Shown: positions 43,948 through 57,770, numbered from the stretch's first letter. The stretch is 64,000 nucleotides of DNA from Eledone cirrhosa (GCA_964016885.1 OZ024742.1:364126001-364190000), one strand, 5' to 3'. Program-made: numbers and translations. The notes: a model not told the origin generated them from the letters alone.

Positions 43948-44891
43948 ATATTATATACATTTTAGATATATATATATGCATATATATAAAATGTATATAT
44001 ATATATATATATATATAAAATGTATATATATATATACATATGATATATACATATCTGTGTGTGTATGTGTGCGTGTATGATGTGTGTGTGGGGTAAGGAA
44101 GTTTTGGCGGGGGTGTACATGCGTGTGTTTAGATATAAATGTACGTGTAATACATATATATGTGTGTGTGTGTACGTGTGTGTATGTATGTGTGTGTGTG
44201 TGGGGGGGGGTGTAGATGTGTGTGTTTAGGTATACATATATGTGTAACACATATATATGTAGATATGCGTGTCATTGTGCTTGTGTATAGTTAAATATAT
44301 ATATGAAGTTTCGTTTTAAATGTAGCTGTACCCGTCTATATACACTTTGGCCCCCCACATCAAACGACACTTCTTATGAATATTGTGATCTGTGATCTCT
44401 GAAACATGGCTGTTGGTGTTAAATTCATCTTGACTCTATACAATCCATAACATTTAGAAATGTAGACTAATCTTACCTTTAATCTCAGTCTCCTTGGAGT
44501 CGTCAACAACCATACATGTCATAGATGTTGAACTAGATGTATACTTTCCTACTTTTATATAACTTTGTTGTATCTTTAGTACTTTACCCTTCAGTTATAT
44601 TCTCTCAGATTTCTTGAAAAATGTTAACGTTTCGAATATTTCCGACATGTTTCCCTCATCACCGAAGTGTTATTGTTTTTTAATTTATTGTCTTATTTGA
44701 AAATGGGAAACTACTAAGATTTTTTTCAGGATATTCTTAGTTTGGTGGAGGAAATTGTACTAAGATGGAAACCGTGCAGCACATTCGGGTCCAATAGACG
44801 TGTGTAAGGACCACATTGGATACAAATACTTTACTATTAAAACCACAAACATTCTTCTTCTGACATGGAGTTAAGGATAATGACAATAATG

Positions 44892-44939
<48 letters not shown>

Positions 44940-45094
44940 GCTACCATTGATATTATTCTAGTTATATTTGTAGTTGGCGTCTTTTTGTTTGTTTTAACAA
45001 TTGTTGTTGTTGGTATAGTTGACGTAGTAGTAGTAATAGTAGTAGTACAGTTCTTCATGATCATCTTCTTCTTCTTCTTCTTCTTCTTCTTCCA

Positions 45095-45330
45095 TTTATT
45101 TCTGAGAGAGTCGTGTGTGTGTTGGTGGCAGGGGTTAGATTCAAGAACCAACCGTCTCCGACTGATCCGGTTCGATTCCCAGGCGAGACATGTCAAGCTC
45201 ATTGATGTTATCAAACCATCTTCCTCGGGGTCTACACTTGGCTCCTCTGCCAGTTGGTTTTTCCCGTAAAATCTATCCGGTGATTCTTTCCTCAGATATT
45301 CTAACCACATACCCATAGTATCGGAAAAGT
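45095..45330 (-). pseudogene. Degenerate RTE-type LINE 3' fragment with a (GAA)n tail
   Basis: Alternative frame reads YGYVVRISEERITG*ILREKPTGRGAKCRPRGRWFDNI, the RTE GxRxRGRPRxRWxD motif. Confidence 0.55.
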
Positions 45331-46242
45331 GATCTCACGAAAAAAAAAAAAAAAAGAAAAGACTAACGCCAGGATTAAAGATTCGTAAGTAATTCTCTCT
45401 ACTGTCTTATTATCAACATACATTTTCAAGAAAGATATACCCTAACCACCAAAATTAGTAGACCATAAACAACATAAGGAAATTGCATAATCAACGAAGA
45501 GTAAAACTGCGTTTCTGTAGAATATAAATATTTGATTAACGTGATAAAGTTTCGTTATTAAAATCGATGGAAAATGCGCAGCAGAAAAGCAACTGAGGCA
45601 TAAAAATAAAAAAAATAGCAACAGAAGCAGGAAAATCTGAAAAAAATGCCTCGAACTAAAGAAAAATGTTGTAAAATGACAAAGATATATCTATATTTAT
45701 TTAAGGGTATATATGAATAGTACAGTTGACGTGTGTCCTTAACTCCTGAAGTGGTGCTGTAGTGATAAACGGCATGTCGTGAGCATATGTTTAAACCTAG
45801 CGGAGCTCCTCCATCTATATCATATTATGGCATATTTCCTGCAGAGAGAGAGGGGGAGTGTGATTGTCTGTGAGAAATAGAAAGAGAAAGAGTGAGAGAG
45901 TGGTTTGAAATACCGGACTGTTAATTTATGATCGACATCGAAATAATGAAAGAGAAATTTGACCACACGGTGATTTAAATTCAAAGAGCCGGGAAGAATG
46001 TGGCAAGCATTGCACCTGACGTTCTAGGGAATCTACCATTCTACCGTCCCCTAAATTAACGGTATTCTCATAAAAACAACGTAAAACAGCTAACATGAGA
46101 GACCCAACAATCAAATAGGAAGCAAACCTATGTAGCTTTAAAAACATTTCTTATAAACGAACAAATACGTCGGTTAAAATAAGTTATTGATTGAAGATCG
46201 ATATGGCAAGGAACTCGAGTCAATACAAAGAAATTCGGTTTA

Positions 46243-46622
46243 AATAAAATATATAATTGTTTCTACTTTTGGCACAAGGCCAGCAATTATCCCAGTGCAT
46301 TAATGGTACTTTATTTTATCGACCCCGTAAGGATGAGAGTTGAACTCAGATCATAAAGGGCCGTAACTCTATGCTGCAAAGCACGGCGTCCTACTCTCTA
46401 CCGATACTGCCAATCCTCCATCATTTAAATAAAATATATAATTGTTTCTACTTTAGGCACAAGGCCAGCAATTACCCAGTGCATTACTGGTACTTTATTT
46501 TATCGACCCCGTAAGGATGAAAGGCAAAGTCAACATCGGCGGGATTTGAACTCAGATCGTAAAGGGACGTAACTATGCTGGAAAGCAAGGCGTCCGACCC
46601 TCTACCGATACTGCCAATCCTA
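46243..46622 (-). mobile_element. Tandem pair of octopus-type tRNA-SINEs
   Basis: 46243-46420 and 46426-46622 are direct repeats; A box TGGCAGTATCGG, B box GAGTTCAAATCC; more fragments at 58625-58722 (+) and 58872-58970 (-). Confidence 0.85.
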
Positions 46623-46920
46623 TAATATACAATATTTTGGTGTGCTAATATCTTATACACACTCACGCAGCGACGGAAACACAATCTTTTACTTATTTCA
46701 GTATTTACACTGCAGCAATGTTGGGCGACAGGAGTTCAGTATTGAAGGGATTTTGTCGATAGTGTTGGATCCAGTTCATAATTTGTCAAGTCTGATGCGT
46801 GTTTTGACGTTCATTTTTCTTCGAAACACTAGATAACTGGACAACAATGCGACGTAAGCATTGACACAAAGAGACAAACAGACACACACACACACATACA
46901 CACACACCCTCACCCACACA

Positions 46921-47000
<80 letters not shown>

Positions 47001-47001
47001 C

Positions 47002-47033
<32 letters not shown>

Positions 47034-47037
47034 ATAC

Positions 47038-47390
47038 ATATGATAATAATGATGGCTGCGCGTTGCAAATGGTGGTGCATATGAAAAAGTAAGTCCTTCA
47101 TCAGTGACCCTCCAACCGTCCCAGGCATTTCATCGCTTTAAGGGCCATATGCCTCAGGTTGGTGCGAACAACGGCTAAAAAAAGTCGTTGGGACACGTAA
47201 ACAAAGGGGACGCCAGGGTAACAAACAAAAAGGTTTAAGCAACGGAAAGTGAGAAGAAATAGACAAGTCCCAGATCTCTATGAATATAAACTCGGTGAAA
47301 TCGTGAACAAGAGACAAAAGACCATCAAACCTGGTTGAAATGTGAGCAAGGAAAGAATTTCGCACAGGTCTAACGGGGGGGGGGGAAGAA

Positions 47391-47437
<47 letters not shown>

Positions 47438-49212
47438 AGAAGAAGAAGAAGAAGAAGAAGAAGAAGAAGAAGAAGAAGAAGAAGAAGAAGAAGAAGAAGA
47501 AAAAGATAAAGGGGTCTGGTCTACGAATTCGGTAAACATAAGTTTTGTGAAGTCGCAGACGAAAGAGAGAGAGAGAGAGAAAAAAATTCCATACCAGCTT
47601 GGTCAAGACCGCGCGAGAAAAGAATTACACACAGGTCAAACTTGAAGGAGGAGGAGGGAAGAGAAGGAGGAGAGGTAGTGACAGAGAATGAGTGAGTGAA
47701 AGTTGAGGAGGAGGCTAACAGAGAGAGAGACTGCTAGAAAGGGTAAAAGGTACAAAGAACAAGAAAGGTTAAAAGGTACAAAGAGCGAAACAGACGAGTG
47801 GCAGTAGAAGAAAAATTATGTGTAAATATGATAATAATGATGGCTGCGCGTTGCAAATGGTGGTGCATATGAAAAAGTAAGTCCTTCATCAGTGACCCTC
47901 CAACCGTCCCAGGCATTTCATCGCTTTAGGGGCCATATGCCTCAGGTTGGTGCGAACAACGGCTAAAAAAAGTCGTTGGGACACGTAAACAAAGGGGACG
48001 CCAGGGTAACAAACAAAAAGGTTTAAGCAACGGAAAGTGAGAAGAAATAGACAAGTCCCAGATCTCTATGAATATAAACTCGGTGAAATCGTGAACAAGA
48101 GACAAAAGACCATCAAACCTGGTTGAAATGTGAGCAAGGAAAGAATTTCGCACAGGTCTAACGGGGGGGGGGGAGAAGAAGAAGAAGAAGAAGAAGAAGA
48201 AGAAGAAGAAGAAGAAGAAGAAGAAGAATAAGGGGTCTGGTCTACGAATTCGGTAAACATAAGTTTTGTGAAGTCGCAGACTAAAGAGAGAGAGAGAAAA
48301 AAAAATTCCATACCAGCTTGGTCAAGACCGCGCAAGAAAAGAATTACACACAGGTCAAACTTGAAGGAGGAGGAGGAAAGAGGAGGAGGAGAGGTAGTGA
48401 CAGAGAATGAGTGAGTGAAAGTTGAGGAGGAGGCTAACAGAGAGAGAGACTGCTAGAAAGGGTAAAAGGTACAAAGAACGAGAAAGGTTGAAAGGTACAG
48501 AGAGCGAAACAGACGAGTGGCAGCAGAAGAAAAATTATGTGTAAATATGATAATAATGATGGCTGCGCGTTGCAAATGGTGGTGCATATGAAAAAGTAAG
48601 TCCTTCATCAGTGACCCTCCAACCGTCCCAGGCATTTCATCGCTTTAAGGGCCATATGCCTCAGGTTGGTGCGAACAACGGCTAAAAAAAGTCGTTGGGA
48701 CACGTAAACAAAGGGGACGCCAGGGTAACAAACAAAAACATTTTTTTTCTCTCCCTCTCTTTCGTCTGCGACTTCACAAAACTTATGTTTACCGAATTCG
48801 TAGACCAGACCCCTTCTTCTTCTTCTTCTTCTTCTTCTTCTTCTTCTTCTTCTTCTTCTTCTTCTTCTTCTTCTTCTTCTTCTTCTTCTTCTTCTTCTCT
48901 CTTTTTTTCCCCCCCGTTAGACCTGTGCGAAATTCTTTCCTTGCTCACATTTCAACCAGGTTTGATGGTCTTTTGTCTCTTGTTCACGATTTCACCGAGT
49001 TTATATTCATAGAGATCTGCGACTTGTCTATTTCTTCTCACTTTCCGTTGCTTAAACCTTTTTGTTTGTTACCCTGGCGTCCCCTTTGTTTACGTGTCCC
49101 AACGACTTTTTTTTAGCCGTTGTTCGCACCAACCTGAGGCATATGGCCCTTAAAGCGATGAAATGCCTGGGACGGTTGGAGGGTCACTGATGAAGGACTT
49201 ACTTTTTCATAT
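47038..49212 (-). mobile_element. Non-coding tandem element (~720-790-bp unit, 2.3 copies) with an inverted partial 5' copy; retrozyme/PLE-like architecture
   Basis: Units start at about 47038, 47827 and 48546; unit length varies with a (GAA)n tract; 48740-49212 is an inverted partial unit; both outer ends abut (TA)n. Confidence 0.85.
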
Positions 49213-49426
49213 ATATACATATATATATACATATATACATCACATCAATATATATATATAATTGATTTCCATATATTTTCCTTCGACCAAATTTCACTCA
49301 CATTTCAGTGTTAATCTTGAAGCTACAGTAGAAGACAACCAATTTTCTAGCCATTAAACATGGATCTGAAATTACGTAGTTGTGAAAAACTATTTAACCA
49401 AAGAGGTTTACACAAAACTATCTAAA

Positions 49427-49553
<127 letters not shown>

Positions 49554-49929
49554 TACTTTCTGTGATGTAATATATACAAAAAATAATACTTGGCTGCAGT
49601 GTTTTTGCTCTTTTTATTTAGTTTTCTATGGCGATGTTTTATTATCTGTAAATGATTTCAACATTACTTCTATAATTATGATATTTGTTTTACCAAATTT
49701 GATATTCTGGATTTCTCCGTGTACTAATTATTATGAATAACTTATCTTATCTTATCCAATTCTGTTATCATCTACTTATACTGTCAGGTATAACTAATGT
49801 AATGAATGTCTTATAACTATATTATTATTGTCATTATTATTTGAGTTAGATATATATTCTCCTTGTGACTACCCTAAAGATTATCTGTAGTTACATTGGT
49901 AGTTTTAGTAATTAACCATAATAATAGCC

Positions 49930-50003
<74 letters not shown>

Positions 50004-50008
<5 letters not shown>

Positions 50009-52956
50009 AAAATAAACCAAAGAAGCCTTCAATACATCAAAACTCTTTAATAGCCAACAATGTTTCGTCCTATTGAGGACTCATCAGGGCAAGTAAAGCT
50101 ACAAGAAGCACTATCGGCCAATACAAGCCAAAAACTCAGAAGAATATGGAGTATACATCTATTAAAGCTTAGGAAAGATATCAAGGAAAAGTTGGCTAAG
50201 ATTAAGAGTGAGCAGTTACAAACATAGATATGGACCAAATAGCAAGGAAGTGATTAAGATGTTGAACCCACATTGCAAATATTGTATAATGCAAAAACTT
50301 GAAACACAAATGGTAATATAACGCGAGAATTACAGTACGATATAGAATATAATATAATATAATAGATGGTGATAATAAAAAGCTTAATGTATGATTAGCT
50401 CTATAATTAACGGTGTATCTAATAGAATTTCCACACTCTCTAAGGATATAGGAATATTTAATTCACATGCAGAATACTATAATAATGCCCTAGCTAACTC
50501 TGGTTACTCTGGTAAAATACGTTATAATGAGAACAACCTTAGAAAGTCTCCGTTTACCCATAATAATAATAACATAATATCCCATAATAAGGCCATGAAT
50601 GGGAGTAGAGAGCATAAGAATCGTAGAAATCCCATAGGTGTATCCGAACCCATCCATAGGTTAAGCTACCGTAATCGTAATAGTGAGTCTAATGGTACAC
50701 TTTTAGGGATTAGTTCTAGGGAACAAGTTAGGCACTCTGATCGCTCACCCAGTGGTAATGTTTTTACTAATTCTAATAGTGTTGTTTCAACTGATCCTGG
50801 TAGTAACCTTCATCCTATTGATATGATTCCAGATTACAGTAGATATACTAAAGGTAGAAACAGAAGGAGACTCAATGGGGTTTTGGTTGCTTCTAATAAT
50901 GTTGTTTCAACTAATCCTCGTAGTAACCCTGATCCTATTAGTGGGATACTGGATAACGTAGAGTTGGTAAGGATAGAAATAGGAGGAGACTCAATACTTA
51001 TTTTAACCCGCCTTATGATCATGAAGTATTAACTAACATCCCTAGGTCTTTTTTTTCTATCTTAGAGAAAAATGTCCCTCCTACTAATAAATACCATGGT
51101 AATTTTAATAAAAATGTAATTAAACTATCATTCTCTACCACCCCTAATATTAGTTCTCATTTAGCTAGCACTAACAATAGGAAAATTAGGGACAGCTACT
51201 CCTCTTTGCATACTACTAGTCTTGAAGGATCCATTAATGCCTTACCACCTGAGCAGACCTTATCTTATAATAACCCTAGGAGTGATGCATCACTCATTCA
51301 GCCGGTCAATAGCACCCGGAAGTGTAACTGTAGAGTAAGTATTAACTGCCCTTTAAATGGTCACTGCCTCTCTAGGAACATTGTTTATGCTTGTGAAGTT
51401 AAGACTAATTCTTCTAATAGCACATATATAGGCTCCACATCTAATACTTTTAAAACTAGGTTTAATTCTCATATCTCTAATTTTAAGCATGTTAAGTTTA
51501 AGAACTCTACTTCTTTAGCACACCATATCTGGGATCTTAAAGGGGCTGGTATGCCATATAGCCTTAATTGGCGTATAGTAGCACGCTCTAATAACCTATC
51601 AACACACACTAAATTCTGTAATATCTGTATCCTAGAGACCCATTCTATAATTTTCTCTAGGGATGTTTTGCTTAATAGAAAGTCTCAGATATTTTCTTCC
51701 TGCCCCCATGCCATTTCTAATTCTTTCTTCTATTATAGACCTAAAAGTTCTGGTAGTTTAAATCGTATCCATTAGCTGCTAAATTTCCTTATCTTTTTTT
51801 TTGTTTAGGTTCATTTTGATTACTATCATCATTATTATTATTAGTTTTTTTACAGCTTTTCGATTTTAGTTTCCATAGTCTTTTGGCTACCATACCCTAT
51901 CTATCTTCTTAAGCATTATTATAGTTTCACTACTAACACCTTATGAGTTTATATCTTATTAAATACTTTGTTTGGAGTCTCATTCAACTAATGAACCTCC
52001 TCCTCTACACACTTAATATCCGCCCCTTCTATTATACTATATATAAATTTCACCTTTATGCTCCTTTTTATGATATTATATAATATATTGATTTTACTTT
52101 TATGCTCCTTCCTATCCTCCATAACCTCTCCTCTTTCTGTTCCCATTGGTCTACCATAGTTCTATTTAGAGTCCTTTTATTTGATAACGTTATTCGACTG
52201 AACGAAGCATATTTTACTCTATTCTTGATAATTTTATTGAGATATCTTAAACTTATACGGTTTTGATGACTTAAACACTAGCCAATTTTGAAGTGACTAA
52301 ATATGTATTTTAAATACTTTTAATATTAATTAATTTAAAAAGGTTTTCTAGTCAACTCTCTGGTCTACATTGCTATCTTTTTTCTTTTACTTAACCGCTT
52401 GTGACAGCTAAGTAAATATACTTGTTTTTGTTTATCGATCTTCGGTTTATTCTATTTATTTTTTTACTATCACACGCTGTTTGTCTGACCATGTAATTTC
52501 ATTAATATATGTCTGTATGTCAACCACGTAAATATATTTTGTAATACTTTGTGATATTTTGGTAATATTTATGCCAATGTAAAATGACTTGACCTCCGTG
52601 TATTTGTTACAATGGTATAGATATTTTTTCAACACAATTTTTTCAACACAATTTAGTTCTATATGATTTTTTCTTACCCTGTGTAAAACTTTATACTATT
52701 TGTTAACCTTGAATTATATGTATGATGTAATTTTGTATATCTTTTGATGCCAATATATTATAATATTGTTATTATAATGTTATTATAATGTTTCTATATT
52801 GTTTATGCACAATGACAGGGAATTATATATTATATTTTATTTTTATTTTTATCTTTATTCTTATTTTTATCTTTATTATTATATTATACTGTAAACAATA
52901 TATATATATATTTAAATACTTAATAAGTGTTAGTTTGTATTTGTACTGTGTATATG

Positions 52957-52987
<31 letters not shown>

Positions 52988-53480
52988 ATACATACATTAA
53001 GCTTTTTATTATCACCATCTATTATATTATATTATATTCTATATCGTACTGTAATTCTCGCATTATATTACCATTTGTGTTTCAAGTTTTTGCATTATAC
53101 AATATTTGCAATGTGGGTTCAACATCTTAATCACTTCCTTGCTATTTGGTCCATATCTATGTTTGTAACTGCTCACTCTTAATCTTAGCCAACTTTTCCT
53201 TGATATCTTTCCTAAGCTTTAATAGATGTATACTCCATATTCTTCTGAGTTTTTGGCTTGTATTGGCCGATAGTGCTTCTTGTAGCTTTACTTGCCCTGA
53301 TGAGTCCTCAATAGGACGAAACATTGTTGGCTATTAAAGACTTTTGATGTATTGAAGGCTTCTTTGGTTTATTTTTTATAATTCTTCGGCTCTGTTTAAT
53401 TACATTGAACTATATCTTATACTGTCATTTCTATAATATGAAGAGGGTGTTTTACTCCAACACACTCTAGTATTTTAATT

Positions 53481-53483
<3 letters not shown>
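50004..53483 (+). mobile_element. 5'-truncated Naiad-like PLE: RT thumb, linker, GIY-YIG, long AT-rich 3' UTR, pLTR, and an inverted 5' pLTR
   Basis: NRISTLSK..F....EYYNNALANSGY; YFNPPYDHEVLTNI..FNKNVIKLSFS; CNCRVSINCPLNGHC (CxCx5Cx5C), IVYACEV..YIGSTSNTFKTRFNSH..LAHHIWDLK..CNICILE..LLNRKS; 50004-50392 is the reverse complement of about 52993-53381; TA flanks. Confidence 0.88.
53294..53331 (+). ncRNA. Type I minimal hammerhead in the Naiad-like pLTR (antisense copy at 50053-50090)
   Basis: gcc-CTGATGA-gtcct-caat-aggac-GAAAC-att-GTT-ggc. Confidence 0.85.
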
Positions 53484-53545
<62 letters not shown>

Positions 53546-54056
53546 TGTTAAACGGAAAAGAAAACGCTGACAAATTGTCCCTAGTGAAAAATAGTTTAAT
53601 TAGGAATAAGTAAAAATTAGTAATAGTATTGGTTAGTATTCAGTTTTACCGGTTGCGCATTTCTAATGCTTTTCAAAAATAATTTTGAGATAGAGCGCAC
53701 GTGATGTTTGCTCTAATCTGATTAGTTTTGGAAATTCTACCTGTTTTATGTGAAACAATTGACTCCAGATGTATTAAAATAAGTTTCGCGCCAATTCGTG
53801 TTGCAAAAATTCTTGTGGTCAAAACAATTTTGATTGGTCGGTAGAGGTCATGTGAATGTTAAAAATTGATTTTGCGCCAAATGTAGATTTGTGTCGGCTG
53901 ATTCAGAAGTCACTGAAAAATAAGTCTTTCAAAACAAATATGTGTGTGTGTGTGTAGTAGTAGTAGTAGTAGTAAAGAGGTTCGTTGTTGTGATAATGGT
54001 CAGCAGAGATGTGTGTGCGAACCGCAGTCTGTTGATAGTTCAAATGCCTATTAAGA

Positions 54057-54145
<89 letters not shown>

Positions 54146-54216
54146 CAGAGTAATTCGTGGTAGAGGGATGGTCAGTAGGAATGTGTCTGTACTTGTGTGG
54201 GGGATATTTTAACATG

Positions 54217-54252
54217 TTAAAAGATATTTTTCAGCTCTTGTCTTATACGGAG

Positions 54253-54320
<68 letters not shown>

Positions 54321-57300
54321 CTATTTGTATGTTAATGTACGCGTGTGTATGTGTGTGTGTATATATGTGTGTGTGTATATATGTGTGCCTGTGTGTAAGA
54401 ATGTGTGTGTGTGTGGGTGGACCAGTATTTTTGTGATACTGGTAAAAATGGTGTACATTATTCGATATTTTCAGTAAAAACGATTCTCTCAATAGAACAT
54501 CAAAAACCTTAATAATAAAAGGTGTGAAATGATATATAGTTTTGGCATAATACCAAGGTGTGTGTGAGTGTCCAGATTGCACGTACTGCAAGGGGAATCC
54601 ATTAGGCCTTGCCGTATTGGAATACTTGTGTACAAATATGTATGTGCCCATCAGTGTTCAATGCATGTGTGCGTTTATGTATGTGTGTGTCGGCACGTTT
54701 ATATCTATAGACATCAAAAGGTATGCAAATTTATGTATATTTGTGTTGCACCATAGAACATGTGTGTTTACGTATGTCATTGTGTTTATATGTGGATAGA
54801 GATGTATGCTGATGTAGGTATTATGTTGACGTGTGTATGTTGTGGGTTCGTCTTAGGGAGAAGTATTTAGACGGGGGTCCGTATTTGTTAATAAAGTGAG
54901 ATTCCTTGCTGATGCGCTGAGTGTGGGTGGCATTATCTTTAGATTTGTAGAGGGTAAAGATTCTGAAGTTGGGATGATTTTGGGAGGCACAGGTATCAAT
55001 GTGTTCACTCAGTGGTATTTTCCTGTATTCCCGTATTTTAATTTGGGATCTATGGACAGTCATGCGTTGGCGGGGGCTGTTTCTGGTCTGGCCTATGTAT
55101 TGTTCTCGACAACCTGAGCAAGTTAATACATATATTAGATTTTCTGATGCGCATGTGAAATTGTGTTTTACTATAAAACGTTGTCCTTCTTTGAAATAGA
55201 ATTCCGAACCCTCTATTAGGTTGATGCATATGCCACAGTTGGGTCTATCGCATTTTCTTACTGTGGGTTTCGTTGTTGTGGTTGGCAGTACTTTGGCATG
55301 TGTTAGGATGTTTTTCATTGACTTAGATTGTCTTTTGCTCTTTATGATATCGTGTGTTCGTAGGATTTGGTTCATTCTATGGTCCTTTTTCAACACAGGA
55401 ATGTTCTGGAGGTTGGTGTGAAAGGCCTCATTTTTGAGGGGGTTGTATGTGGAGATGTATGGAAGAGCTTTTAGTTTCGGTTGATTTACTTTAGGGTGTC
55501 TAAGGTCCTGGGTACTGAGTTTTAGGGCACGTTGGATTCCATTGTCAATTAGTGATGCAGGGTAGTCCCTGCCTATGAGTGTGTCCTTTAGTTCTTGTAG
55601 CCGTAAGTAGCAGATGTTTTTATTGGAGACTATAGTACAGATTCTCTTGGCTAAGTTGTAGGGAATATTAATTTTAACGTGTCTAGGGTGGCAAGAGGAA
55701 GATATTGCTTGGAGTCTGTGGGCTTGTTGTATATGTCTGTTTCTATTTTTTGTTATGCATCTTAATGAGGATGTCGAGGAAGCGGAGTTGTTGATGGCTG
55801 TATTCCATCGTGAAGTTAATATTCGTGTTGAGCCCATTTATAAGGGTGTGACATTCTTTAAGTTTCTCGATGTTTTCGTGCCAAAGGATGAAGCAGTCAT
55901 CTAGATATCGCTTCCAGTGCCTTTCTATGTGTAAATGGTGAATGTTTCCAAATTTGTTTAGGACTTTAGTGTAGAGGGTGATTTCCAGATATCCCATGAC
56001 TAGGTTGGCATAAGTGGGGGCTGTTTTCATTCCCATAACGGTCCCAGATTTCTGCCTGTAGGGTTTGTTATTGAAAACGAAGTAATTGTTCTCCAAGATA
56101 AATTTGAGTCCCTCTATCACGAATTCTTTTTTGATGCGTTGTGGGAGTTCATTGTGGTAATTATCCAGCCAGAATTGGATAGCTTCTATTCCTAGGTTGT
56201 GGGAGATGTTGGAGTATAGGTTGACTACATCGAACGTCACTAGTAGGGATTGTTCAGAAAGGGGCATATTAGGGAGGTGATTGAGCATATCTAGGTCGTC
56301 CCTTATATAGCTTTTGATGTGTTTGAGAAAATGCCTGAGAAGGGTATCAATGAAGTTGCTAAGGCGGTAGGTCTTAATTTGAGATCATTTGGTGAGGGGA
56401 CATTGATGACTGTGTGAGGCTTCCTTGCATGCCTTACTTATTAATTCGCTTTTATGTACTTTAGGGATACCGTAGAAAAGGCTGGATTTACTTGTGAAGT
56501 CTGTGATGAAGCTGAATTCCTTGTTAGTGAGTCCATCTTTGTATTGGTTGATCAGAGTTTTTAGGTTTCTCATAATTTTCTGTTGATTGTAGTGTTCAGC
56601 CTTTTCGTAGAATATTTCGTTTTCCAAAGTAGAGAGCGCTAAGTTGATATAGAATTCTGTCTCCATTAGGACTACTGTACTCCCTTTATCAGCCTCTTTA
56701 ATTGTAATGGTTCTGTCGGTTTTTAATCTATTTAATTCTTCCCATTCTTTCTTGTTGAGGTTTGGCTTGTGTTTTTGTCTGTACAAGTGTCGGTAAGGGA
56801 AGTTTGTGATGTGTTCACAGCATTCGTCCAGGATTTTATTTCTATCTTTTGATGGGGTGTAATTGCTTCTATTTCTGGCTAATGATTCATACTAATTGTA
56901 CTGGTCGAATAGTTCTTCACTGAGTCGTAACTTTCTACAGAAATCTGTGATGTCTTGCTTCATTTCATAGTAGTTAGGACGTAGTGGGGTCGGTGTGAAC
57001 TTAAGACCTTTGGAGAGTAAGTTGATAAGGTTGGGTGTTGGTTCTGCACTAGTAGATTGATAATTTTTATTACTCTCGGTTTGTCCTCTCTGTCTTGTGT
57101 TATTTTGTTTGCCTGTATCTGTGTGCTGTGTCTAAAAAATGGTTGGGGTAGAGGGGTTGTCTGCTGATGTTAAGTGGTCTCCTGTGTTTGTTATATTCCT
57201 TGTTGTTGTAAAATGTGGTTCGGTTCGTGGTTGTAGATTGAATGGGGTGTTCCTGTATTGCGAGTATGGATGTGTGTTTCTATGTGCCATGTTGGATTGT

Positions 57301-57543
57301 GGTGTTATAATTGGTCTACGTTGTTGGTTGTATCGTGTGGTATGGGTTTGTTGTGTATTGTGGAAGCGAGAGTTGAGAAAATGTAAATTACCTTGCTGTC
57401 CCCTTGAAGCGTGGAAGTTGTTACATCTATCATAGTGGTGGTATCTTTTCCTTATGTTTGACGATGAGGCATCCGCGTAGTAGTTGAGTGATTTGGTATG
57501 GTTTCTCCTTGAAGGGGGAAAGTTGTAAATGTCATTCTGGGGG
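54217..57543 (-). mobile_element. Second, frameshifted copy of the two-ORF Neptune-like PLE (3' region may extend to ~53545)
   Basis: ORF fragments 54821-55837, 55743-56288 and 56385-56786 are near-identical to 17341-19488 and have YLDD; ORF1 tail at about 57100-57543; 3' UTR matches 19490-19937. Confidence 0.92.
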
Positions 57544-57770
57544 ATGGCTATTATTATGGTTAATTACTAAAACTACCAATGTAACTACAGATAAACTTTA
57601 GTGTAGTCACAAGGAGAATATATATCTAACTCAAATAATAATGACAATAATAATATAGTTATAAGGCATTCATTTCATTAGTTATACCTGACAGTATAAG
57701 TAAATGATGACAGAATTGGATAAGATATTATAAGTTATTCATTATAATTATATATATATATATATATATA

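Noticed and set aside
44837-45316. 159-aa ORF as a possible host exon
   Set aside because: Another frame matches an RTE C-terminus and the rest is simple repeat
49157-49192. SECIS-like AUGA...UGAU
   Set aside because: Helix II pairs poorly, there is no apical AA and no linked UGA-containing ORF
51206-51775. Selenoprotein-type Naiad (in-frame UGA at Cys positions plus SECIS)
   Set aside because: Conserved Cys positions use TGT/TGC here and in the 39750-40035 fragment; no convincing SECIS seen
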